From positions 1 through 24,937 of the forward strand of contig NJBI01000051.1 in assembly GCA_005222975.1 (NCBI GenBank): a stretch of 24,937 bases of DNA, written 5' to 3'. This DNA is from Promethearchaeota archaeon Loki_b31. GTDB lineage: Archaea; Asgardarchaeota; Lokiarchaeia; Sigyniarchaeales; SOKP01. The notes beneath the pieces are model-generated. The model saw only the letters and a program-made list of their open reading frames with translations, did not search any database and was not told the origin of the DNA. Numbering within the stretch: the stretch's first letter is position 1; each line of letters starts with the position of its first letter. Below, one piece after another: positions 16,227 through 24,171 of the stretch. The translations under genes and the position numbers were made by a program.

Positions 16227-17741
16227 ATGTTGGATGATTTAATTGAGTCTTCTATAGTCAAAGGACTAGCGTTTTGCGCCTACGACAAATTAGGTCCTCA
16301 ACCAATTTATATGTTCCCTAAACCAATTAAGGGGAAAGATTTTGAATCTGAAAATAAAGAAAAGAGAGTTGGAAAAGGACTTATAATGTCTTTCACAGAT
16401 TATATGCAAATCTCAATTAAAACCTTAAGCCTTCTCCTCGGGGACGGGACATTATTTAATAAAGACTCCGCTTTGTTAAAGCAATACCAATACTTTGGAG
16501 TTATCCCATTTCCAGATTTTCATTTAACAGCACTTACATTTTTTCATTTTGCTGAAGTAAAATTTGATGAAGCTCCTTTAGCAACTGCTTTCTGCATACT
16601 CGTTGACGAGAATCAACGAGGCTTTTTGTATAACAACATCAATCGACTAAAAAATATTGTTATCGATTTCTTTAACCAGTTTGATAAAATAATTACTGAA
16701 GAGTTCAAACCACAAGAGCAAGTAAAACGTTATTTTGAGAGCCTTATAAAAAAAATAATAACAATTGAAAAAACTCCCGCAACGCCTATTACATCGCAAA
16801 GAAAAATGAAAATTTTATTCGCGGGTCTTGACGATAGCGGGAAGACGAGCTTTTTGCTTTCAATAGATAGAAAATTTTCAAAATTGATTGGATTAAAACC
16901 TACGAGGGGGGCAGATGTAAGTTCAATAGAAGCACTAGGGGCTACAATTTTTCTATGGGACTTAGGTGGTCAAAAAGCATACCACGAAAGATATCTTAAT
17001 AAAGCTCAGATCTATTTATTCGAAGCAGATTTGCTTTTTTATTTCATTGATTTAAAAAACAAAGCCCGGTTTGAAGAAAGTATTGAATACCTTAAAAATA
17101 TTAAAAAAGCATTAGCTCAACTAGAACAGGCAACTCCAATTATCTACATTTTATCGAAAGGAGACCCCGACATAATTGACTCTAAAGTCATTAAAAATAA
17201 CTTAAAAGTAATAAAAAATGAATTAGCTAAAATCTCTTTAAAAAAAAGCCCTGAAATTTACATAACAAGCGTGTTTCAAATTTTTACTATTTTAAGAGCC
17301 TTTTCTTCAGGTATAGCCAAATTAAGTCCAAACAGAGACTTGATCGAACATAACCTTCACACATTTTCATCAAAAACTGACGCGTGTTTGGCGCTCTTGT
17401 TAAGTAACGATGGATTAGTATTAGCTGAATTTTATACTCCTGAGGCAATGGAAATCACAAAAATGCAAAAATCTGAGGACTTATTAAACGTATTTGAGGT
17501 TGTAGCTCCCCAATTTGCCATGTTGTTTAAAATATTCTCAAAATATAAGGCTGCAGAGAAAGACGAAGCGATATTTAAAGTTTCAAACTCAGTTATTTTG
17601 TTTAAGAAAATTAAGGTGTTACATTACGATATGTTCATTCTTTTCTTATTAGACAACGAGAACACAAAAGAAAAAATTAACCAAAATATTCAAGATTTCC
17701 TTGTCCGTACACAAGATTTACTAATAAGGTATATCTCTTAA
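16227..17741 (+). CDS. uDENN/longin-like + Arf/Rag-like small GTPase + roadblock-like fusion protein (504 aa), paralogue of 7939..9351
   Basis: G1 GLDDSGKT, PTRG, WDLGGQ, variant G4 SKGD, G5 ITSVF. Shares KTxSLLxGD, YFGxxPFPD, KLSPNR and FExxAPxF blocks with 7939..9351. Confidence 0.88.
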   Translation: MLDDLIESSIVKGLAFCAYDKLGPQPIYMFPKPIKGKDFESENKEKRVGKGLIMSFTDYMQISIKTLSLLLGDGTLFNKDSALLKQYQYFGVIPFPDFHLTALTFFHFAEVKFDEAPLATAFCILVDENQRGFLYNNINRLKNIVIDFFNQFDKIITEEFKPQEQVKRYFESLIKKIITIEKTPATPITSQRKMKILFAGLDDSGKTSFLLSIDRKFSKLIGLKPTRGADVSSIEALGATIFLWDLGGQKAYHERYLNKAQIYLFEADLLFYFIDLKNKARFEESIEYLKNIKKALAQLEQATPIIYILSKGDPDIIDSKVIKNNLKVIKNELAKISLKKSPEIYITSVFQIFTILRAFSSGIAKLSPNRDLIEHNLHTFSSKTDACLALLLSNDGLVLAEFYTPEAMEITKMQKSEDLLNVFEVVAPQFAMLFKIFSKYKAAEKDEAIFKVSNSVILFKKIKVLHYDMFILFLLDNENTKEKINQNIQDFLVRTQDLLIRYIS

Positions 17742-18652
17742 AATATATGCTTCAATGGTGTCCGATCTGAAATCTTTTTTCGTAAAATTCTTTTTCGATA
17801 ATACGAATTAATTCCTGAAATGAGAGACATGGCGGGAATAATACACTTAGCAAACTTGACCGGACCAAATAGCACAAAATCGCTTCCAGCGTTAACGCAA
17901 TATGCCATTAATGACGCAATACCACCGCATCTAGATGAATCGCCGTATTTTTTAACGAAGTCCCATCCATAAATTGCGTTGGCGGGAGCGAAGCCTACGG
18001 GTAATCCTAATTCAGATTTTACTAACCTCGTTGTCTCAACATTAATTGCAATCGAAGGTAAGTCTAACACTGCGGTATCAATCATGATATTTTCAATGTT
18101 AGCTCTTTGAGCCTTTGATATTAATTCGTTCTTTAGAAAATCTAATTTCTGCTGAGGAAATATGTATCTGTTTCCAAAAGTTAATAAAACCGCGTGCTTT
18201 ACCCCAATTTCTTTTAATTTATTTAAACTCTCTTCGCTTGTAGCGTCGTCGATACTGTTTAAAATAGCTCTATCCAATAAACCAATTTCTTTAAGTCCTT
18301 CCATTGTCGGAATGCGCGAAGCGTCGTTTAATCCGTCAACTAAGAAGGGGTAATCGACGACATCAGCAACATATTCACATTCTTTTAATAAAGCATCTGG
18401 ATAGCCCCCAACTACATCAACTATCCCTTGCATTCCCGTTTCTTCAATAATTTCGGAATATTCGTTCAATTCTTGTTCGACAAGCTTTTTATCGATTTCA
18501 CCTTTTTTTTCGTCTAACAAAGCAGCGTGATTGGCGTAAAAAACGGTGGCAATCATTACAACGGGATTTTCGCCCGGTTGGCCTCCGAGGGTTACACTCC
18601 CAATTTTTGCGATAGTTTGTTCTTTCTCAAAATTTAGCATAATAAACATCAA
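17738..18652 (-). CDS. mtrH: Tetrahydromethanopterin S-methyltransferase subunit H (MtrH)-like pterin methyltransferase
   Basis: FEKEQ...IGSVTLGGQPGENPVVMIATVFY, PFLVD, ILNSI, IDTAVLD, GLPVGFAPANA and GSDFVLFGP. Overlaps the convergent GTPase gene by 4 nt. Confidence 0.9.
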   Translation of the reverse strand: MMFIMLNFEKEQTIAKIGSVTLGGQPGENPVVMIATVFYANHAALLDEKKGEIDKKLVEQELNEYSEIIEETGMQGIVDVVGGYPDALLKECEYVADVVDYPFLVDGLNDASRIPTMEGLKEIGLLDRAILNSIDDATSEESLNKLKEIGVKHAVLLTFGNRYIFPQQKLDFLKNELISKAQRANIENIMIDTAVLDLPSIAINVETTRLVKSELGLPVGFAPANAIYGWDFVKKYGDSSRCGGIASLMAYCVNAGSDFVLFGPVKFAKCIIPAMSLISGINSYYRKRILRKKISDRTPLKHIF

Positions 18653-18684
18653 TTACATTTTATTTATTGAACTAATAAAATATT

Positions 18685-19767
18685 TTAATTATTTTTTACT
18701 TTTTTAGGTTCTTTCAAGAGTTTAAATTTCTTATTAAGTAAAGTGCCAATATATATAATAGATATAATGAATTCAGGCATCCACTTATGTAATAAGAGAA
18801 TAATTATTGCTGCGACAAAAGAACTTGCAGCGCTAATTGAAACATGAATGCTATCCCAAGGATACCCGAGATAATATAACCCTATCTGAATTAACATGCG
18901 AATAATATTTACAACATAAAAGATCAACGACGAAATTAATAGAGATTTAGTTTTTCTCCAGATAATGTCTTTATTTGTTTCTTTATCTTGAGAATGGGGA
19001 GTGCATATAATGATCCCTGCAAAAACACAGATTGCTTGAACTCCCGTACAAAAAGTTTCAAAAGAAATACTACCCAATGGATCGCCAGCGGCATTACCAA
19101 TAAAATCAAAACTCCAATGGTGTATACCTGTTGGCGAATAACTAGCACTTACTCCCATATCAAAAAATAAATTAAGAAGATATATTGTTTGCTTAACTAC
19201 GATTTCATGCAACCAATACTGGGGTTCCGTGTCAAAAAAGAAATATATCAGATAAGCCAATATTGGAGTTCCAACAGCTAAAATTACGAGCGAATTAATT
19301 GAAAATATATACTTTTTGTTTTCAAACTCTATAACGGGTTTATTTGACTTCGTTCCTTCTTCTAATTCTTGTTCATAACTAACATCCTTAACGGTTTTAT
19401 CATATTTGTATTTGTCAGTTATAATATAGCTTAAGACTATAAGTAAAGGCATCATAACTAGGGCAAAATTATATTTTGAAGTAGATTCCATTAAAGAAAT
19501 CGAAAACCCTATAACTACCGAAAAGAATAAGTTAAAAAAATGTTGTAATGAAACTCCAATTTTTTTTCGGTTTTCAAAACCGCCGCTAATAAATTTTAAA
19601 ATGAAAAGCGATTGAAGCAAAAACAGTGCAATTGTTAGGACTAATAACATAACACTATTAATCTCAGGCTTAATTAGTGGTAGTAATAAACCAAAAAGGA
19701 AACCTAATATCAGAAATATTGAAAATACCAACCAGATAACATATTTATTGTAAAAATTTGTTTTCAT
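18685..19767 (-). CDS. Archaeosortase/exosortase family transpeptidase with an extra N-terminal 4-TM domain (probably the Asgard archaeosortase H type)
   Basis: Multi-TM protein with the catalytic Cys-Arg-His pattern FETFCTG, VNIIR and WDSIH. Confidence 0.82.
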   Translation of the reverse strand: MKTNFYNKYVIWLVFSIFLILGFLFGLLLPLIKPEINSVMLLVLTIALFLLQSLFILKFISGGFENRKKIGVSLQHFFNLFFSVVIGFSISLMESTSKYNFALVMMPLLIVLSYIITDKYKYDKTVKDVSYEQELEEGTKSNKPVIEFENKKYIFSINSLVILAVGTPILAYLIYFFFDTEPQYWLHEIVVKQTIYLLNLFFDMGVSASYSPTGIHHWSFDFIGNAAGDPLGSISFETFCTGVQAICVFAGIIICTPHSQDKETNKDIIWRKTKSLLISSLIFYVVNIIRMLIQIGLYYLGYPWDSIHVSISAASSFVAAIIILLLHKWMPEFIISIIYIGTLLNKKFKLLKEPKKVKNN

Positions 19768-19936
19768 AACAACCCGATTCTAAAAATGATTAATACATAT
19801 AATTGATTAGTTCTAAAAAGACTTATTACAAAATTTAAATGTCAATTATATTTAAGATTATTTGTTAATTTCTTTCTGTTCGAGCTTTATATAAGCTTAC
19901 ACGATCGTTAAGAAATTTATTTAAATATAATACTTA

Positions 19937-21181
19937 CTAAAGACATTCTCTAATCATTTTTACGAGATTTCGAGCTTTACTTTCAATATCGACCTGAGTA
20001 CTTGTTATTCCAATGCCGTAAGCTGAGCCAAGTCCCACATCAGAAACACCTACGCTTATATTAATAGCTCTATTAAGTAAATCATCGGTTTGAGGTAACA
20101 TTCCTTTTTCATATTTAATTTGAGGTCCTTTATAAAAAGGGCATTTAAAAGGACAACCTTCATCAGTTACTGTCATCTGACCTAAAAAATGCTCCATGTT
20201 GTTGTAAACATGCCATCCAGATTTAGCTATCGTAGTGCAGTTTAGCTTTTCAGCTAATTTTTCGGCTTTTTCTATGCTTGGCATGAAGAAAGTTAATAAA
20301 GTTCCTACATCGCCTTCTTCGTCTAAAATTTTTCGGAATTTTATTTCTTTGATTTCTGATAAGATTGTTTTCAATTGAGCTTTATTGCTTTTTAGCTTTT
20401 CCTTTATGAAACTGAGTTTTTTAAGTTGAGCCTCAGCCACTGCTGCAGTCAATTCGTTCATTCGAAAATTTAACCCTAAAACAGTTCTTTTACCTTGTTC
20501 TACTCCTTGTCGTAACGGTAGGTGTCCTTGGTCGTGTATAGCAAACGCTCTTTTGTACATATTTTCATCGTTAGTTACCACCATACCACCATCGCCCGCA
20601 GTGATGGTCTTATAAATATTTAAACTAAATGCGCCTATTTGACCAAAAGTTCCAACTGATTTTCCGTGAAACGATGCACCACACGCTTGAGCACAGTCTT
20701 CAATTAAGATAAGATTATGATCTTTTGCTATTTTTGTTATTTCATCTAAATGTCCAGGGTTTCCTAGCATATGCACTAGCATTATAGCTTTTGTGCGCGG
20801 CGTAATTTTTCTTTTAACATCTTCAGGATCGAGGGTTAAAGTTTCATCTATTTCAGCTAAAATTGGAATAGCTTTAGCAAATATTATTGAAGTAATGCTA
20901 GCAATAAAAGTATATCCTGGAACGATAATTTCGTCTCCAGGACCAATTTTCATAGCCCATAACGCTGTTAATAAAGCAGTTGTACCTGAACTTACTGCTA
21001 AGGCGTAATTCGTTCCAATATATTTAGCAAAATCTTGTTCTAAATTCCATACTTTTGCTTTAAAGTTAGGATCTTTTAAATCACCATATCGATATAAATA
21101 TCCAGATTCGATTACTTCTAAAAGAGCTTGCTTTTCTTCTTCTCCAATAATATCCATTCCTGGTCCAGGCATATTCAACAA
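19937..21181 (-). CDS. DegT/DnrJ/EryC1/StrS PLP-dependent sugar aminotransferase (KdnA-like subgroup); start may be the ATG at 21172
   Basis: SSGTTAL, GPGDEIIVPGYTFIAS, IEDCAQACG, SLNIYKTITAGDGG (PLP Lys) and GLNFRMNE. Confidence 0.92.
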   Translation of the reverse strand: MLNMPGPGMDIIGEEEKQALLEVIESGYLYRYGDLKDPNFKAKVWNLEQDFAKYIGTNYALAVSSGTTALLTALWAMKIGPGDEIIVPGYTFIASITSIIFAKAIPILAEIDETLTLDPEDVKRKITPRTKAIMLVHMLGNPGHLDEITKIAKDHNLILIEDCAQACGASFHGKSVGTFGQIGAFSLNIYKTITAGDGGMVVTNDENMYKRAFAIHDQGHLPLRQGVEQGKRTVLGLNFRMNELTAAVAEAQLKKLSFIKEKLKSNKAQLKTILSEIKEIKFRKILDEEGDVGTLLTFFMPSIEKAEKLAEKLNCTTIAKSGWHVYNNMEHFLGQMTVTDEGCPFKCPFYKGPQIKYEKGMLPQTDDLLNRAINISVGVSDVGLGSAYGIGITSTQVDIESKARNLVKMIRECL

Positions 21182-21273
21182 CTATTTAAGTAGTTTTAAG
21201 ATTTCTTTTGAAGGTTAATAAGCATTATAATTTTAAACAATTTTAATAAGTTTTTATTTTTATTTATCAGTAC

Positions 21274-21296
21274 GATTAAATGTTAAGTTTTTTGTA
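21274..21296 (+). repeat. IS terminal inverted repeat (downstream of transposase)
   Basis: GATTAAATGTTAAGTTTTTTGTA, the exact reverse complement of 23042..23064. Confidence 0.92.
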
Positions 21297-21299
21297 TAT

Positions 21300-22954
21300 T
21301 TATGTAACTACTTCATTATCTAAAAACCATTCTACTTTTCCGGATAATTGTGTGTTTAACCTCCCAAGCACTCGTTCCTTCTTTAGGAGGTTGTTTCCGG
21401 ATTCAAAAGGCTCCTTGAACTTTTTATTGTGAAATTCCATGTTTGAATGCTGTGCCTTTGAGAGCCCTGGATTCTGTTTAAAAAATTCTACGAAGCGTAG
21501 GATATCATCTTCGTGCTTTTTAATCGTACGGATTGCCGCATTCAATTTCTTGGAATGTGTGTGGTCTTCCTTGAGGTCTTTAATTTGATGACCGTTAATC
21601 TCACCGGGAGGGAGCCTGCTTATCTCTCCAACCAATAGCGTCATTTCTCGATACTTTTTTAATTCAGAGTGACATGTCAAAAGCGAAGCGAGTTTTTCCT
21701 TACGCTTGAGAGTTACATTTTCCGGTTGAAAAAAGATCACGTGAGAATCGTAGTAGAATTTAATGCTCTCGTCATCAATTGGCTTGCGAAGTTCGAGAAA
21801 AAAGGTTTTTAACTTTTTTAAAAGCTCCTTTTTTACTCGGAGCATGCCCTTCTCAGTGAAGCGTTTTTTAGGCATGACCTTAAGCAATGCATCGGAAAAA
21901 TTGAATTCCGGGTCGCCAGAACCCTCTAGCTCCTTTATAACTTCTTGCAATTCCCGAAAGAACTGGTCTGGAGCGGTTACTTTTAAAAGGTCCATTACTC
22001 TAGAGGTAAGTTTAGCACACTTCGAGCTCGAATCGTGGTCAGATTTAACTTTGGGCGGGTTACCTATAACTTTCAATAGTAATGAGAAATCAAGCCCGTC
22101 TTTGATAAGTTTTTGGATGGAATTGACCCAATTTCGTAATGAACGCAATTCTCGTCTTTCCGCATCGAACCGCTTCTCACGATATTTCTGAAGATCGGCC
22201 TTAATCCCGTTGTTTAATAGCTGCATGACGTGAAAGAGGTCAATTTGGATGACCTCTTTTCCATACACCTGCGATATTGCTCCAAGAAGAATCGGAGAGA
22301 AGTCGCAAGTTATGAGCCCAGGAGAAACGCCTAATTCTTTTAAATAGGTTAAAATCCGAATAGCGTGTTCTAAGATCTCATCTCTGACAATGTGAGTAAG
22401 TAAGTCCCGTTTTTTTGCTTGGTCAGCGATAATGAGACCACAGGCTTTTTTTTTCCAATTACATCTCTTCCGGTGGAAGTATACGTGCCATCAATCGTGA
22501 CTGTCTTAATTGATTCGGGATGTTCTAAGGTCTTTTCTCGATTTACTGATTTTAAATAATCTGTTGAATGGCGTTTTATCCAGGAATTTACCGTATCGAC
22601 AGGTACCTCCACCTCGTGCGAATTTTTGAGCACGTGAGCGATCTTTTTTCCCGAGATGTTGTCTCTAAAATAACGCTCTAATGCATAATGGATAATTGAG
22701 GGAGCATATTCTAATTTGGAGGGATAATCAAGGTGTTTTGGAGAGAATGAATGACCACAGGTTTCACATTCAAAGTAATTTATTTTTATGCGGAGAAAAC
22801 GTTTCTCCCGAGGCGCTCCGAGATCAGGAAGCAATCGCTTATAACTCGAACGTATCTTTAATACTAAAGAGCGACATTCCGGGCATGCTCCGTCAAAATA
22901 CTCTTCAACAGGAATGTCGTGATAAGATGCTTTAACAACCATCTTAAAGTTCAT
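21300..22954 (-). CDS. ISL3-like transposase encoded in two overlapping frames (orfA 22370..22954; orfB frame open from about 22489 to 21300), joined by a -1 shift to give about 551 aa
   Basis: orfA has the Zn finger CPEC...CETC, an HTH and the first Asp (VTIDGT). The -1 frame has ITCDFSP (second Asp), IQIDLFHVMQ (cf. ISL3 DRFHV) and SNMEFHNKKFK (Glu). An A9G run lies at 22445..22454. Confidence 0.88.
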
Positions 22955-23041
22955 ATTTAAGAGGGTGTGTTATCGGGATAATATTAGGGAGTGATATGCT
23001 CGTGATATCTTTCACCAGAAAAATTTTTATTTTTTCACATC

Positions 23042-23064
23042 TACAAAAAACTTAACATTTAATC
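23042..23064 (-). repeat. IS terminal inverted repeat (upstream of transposase)
   Basis: TACAAAAAACTTAACATTTAATC. Confidence 0.92.
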
Positions 23065-23315
23065 CGAATTTGATAAAATTAATTAAGATTAAATATTTTT
23101 TACATTTTTTATTTATTTATTTTTATTTTTTTATATAAAATTCACCAAATTTTATGGTAATTAGAATATAAGTTATTAAAAAACAATCACCAATCTTTAT
23201 CAAATTCAATAAATATTTTTATTTTTACTAAAAAATTTTTAATATGTTAATTACTATAATTTTAATAATATATAGAGTAGTTGTTTGGTGATAATAAATA
23301 ACTGAAAATAAAAAA

Positions 23316-24143
23316 TTGACCAAAGAAATGATCAATTACGAAGAAGAGACTGGAAAAAAAGCTATATGGCGTGGAGATGTTACTGAGGGATTTAAAAGAT
23401 GGCGAGATGGTCAAAAAATCTATGGTGTAGATAAAAAAGGGATAGGAATTTTAGTATCAGAGGAAATCAAAACTAAATGGGAAAAATTTGGTGAAGAAAA
23501 AAATTTTTCTACAATTTCAAGTCTAATTAGACAAGCAGTAAATTTCTATATCGATAATCAACAAGAAATATTGTCTCTAGAAAATTTTTCAACAATTTCT
23601 CGAGAACTAAAAAGACCGCTTACTTCAATAAAAGGATTTGCACAATTCATAATTGATAAGCATAAGAATGAGTTAAGTTGGGATGTAATATTAAAAGTTA
23701 AAGAAATAATTGATAGTAGCATACTACTTGAAAATAAGATTAAAAATCTTTTAGAGCATCAACCTGTCGATAAAGAGCAATGCGAAATATTGATTGTAGA
23801 TGATGATGAATCAACACTTAACTTATTAATTGGTTTTTTTGAGAGTAAGGGGTATAAATGTAAGAAGGTATTTTTAGGAAATGAAGCAATAGAATTTTTG
23901 AAAAATAATTCACCAAAATTGATATTATTGGATATTCTTTTACCGGATATTAGTGGATATGAAATATGTAAAATTATTAAATCGAATACAAATCTAAAGA
24001 ACATACCAGTTTATTATATTACCGCTGTAACTAAAAGTGAAGTTAATGAGAATCTGAAAGAAACAAAAGCAGATGGTTATTTTTTAAAACCTTTTAATTT
24101 AGAAGAATTAAATGTTTTATTTGAATATCTCAAAATAAAATAG
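23316..24143 (+). CDS. Response regulator: N-terminal small domain + ribbon-helix-helix + His-less HisKA-like segment + C-terminal receiver domain
   Basis: RHH GILVSEEIKTKWEKFGEEKNFSTISSLIRQAVNFY. H-box-like ISRELKRPLTSIKGF. REC ILIVDDDE, ILLDILLPDISGYEIC, ITA and FLKPF. Confidence 0.88.
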   Translation: MTKEMINYEEETGKKAIWRGDVTEGFKRWRDGQKIYGVDKKGIGILVSEEIKTKWEKFGEEKNFSTISSLIRQAVNFYIDNQQEILSLENFSTISRELKRPLTSIKGFAQFIIDKHKNELSWDVILKVKEIIDSSILLENKIKNLLEHQPVDKEQCEILIVDDDESTLNLLIGFFESKGYKCKKVFLGNEAIEFLKNNSPKLILLDILLPDISGYEICKIIKSNTNLKNIPVYYITAVTKSEVNENLKETKADGYFLKPFNLEELNVLFEYLKIK

Positions 24144-24171
24144 GTGCTAAAACACTCATTAAATTTAAAAA

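Larger units (their letters stand above)
21274..23064 (-). mobile_element. Insertion sequence, ISL3-like, about 1.8 kb
   Basis: Perfect 23-bp terminal inverted repeats enclose a DDE transposase. The segment is visibly less AT-rich than its flanks. No target-site duplication was found. Confidence 0.88.

Noticed and set aside
15186-18652. Methanogenesis inferred from mtrH and the marker-2-like gene
   Set aside because: No mcr or mtrA-G genes are in the window, and both families occur in non-methanogens.
21300-22954. Transposase as a dead pseudogene or as two unrelated genes
   Set aside because: There is only one frame break, and the overlap contains a canonical slippery sequence. All DDE residues and both IRs are intact.
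23070-23290. Individual TATA/BRE promoter calls in AT-rich intergenic regions (also 3612-3772 and 9352-9683)
   Set aside because: There are too many TTTA(T/A)A-like matches at this AT content to single one out.
430-24004. Short ORFs overlapping longer genes (430, 925, 2467, 5290, 6332, 7516, 8645, 9704, 11465, 14395, 18162, 18936, 18988, 20793, 21763, 22696, 23759)
   Set aside because: They are antisense or alternate-frame shadows of well-supported genes, with no recognisable motifs. 5290..5484 is the antisense of the HhH frame.
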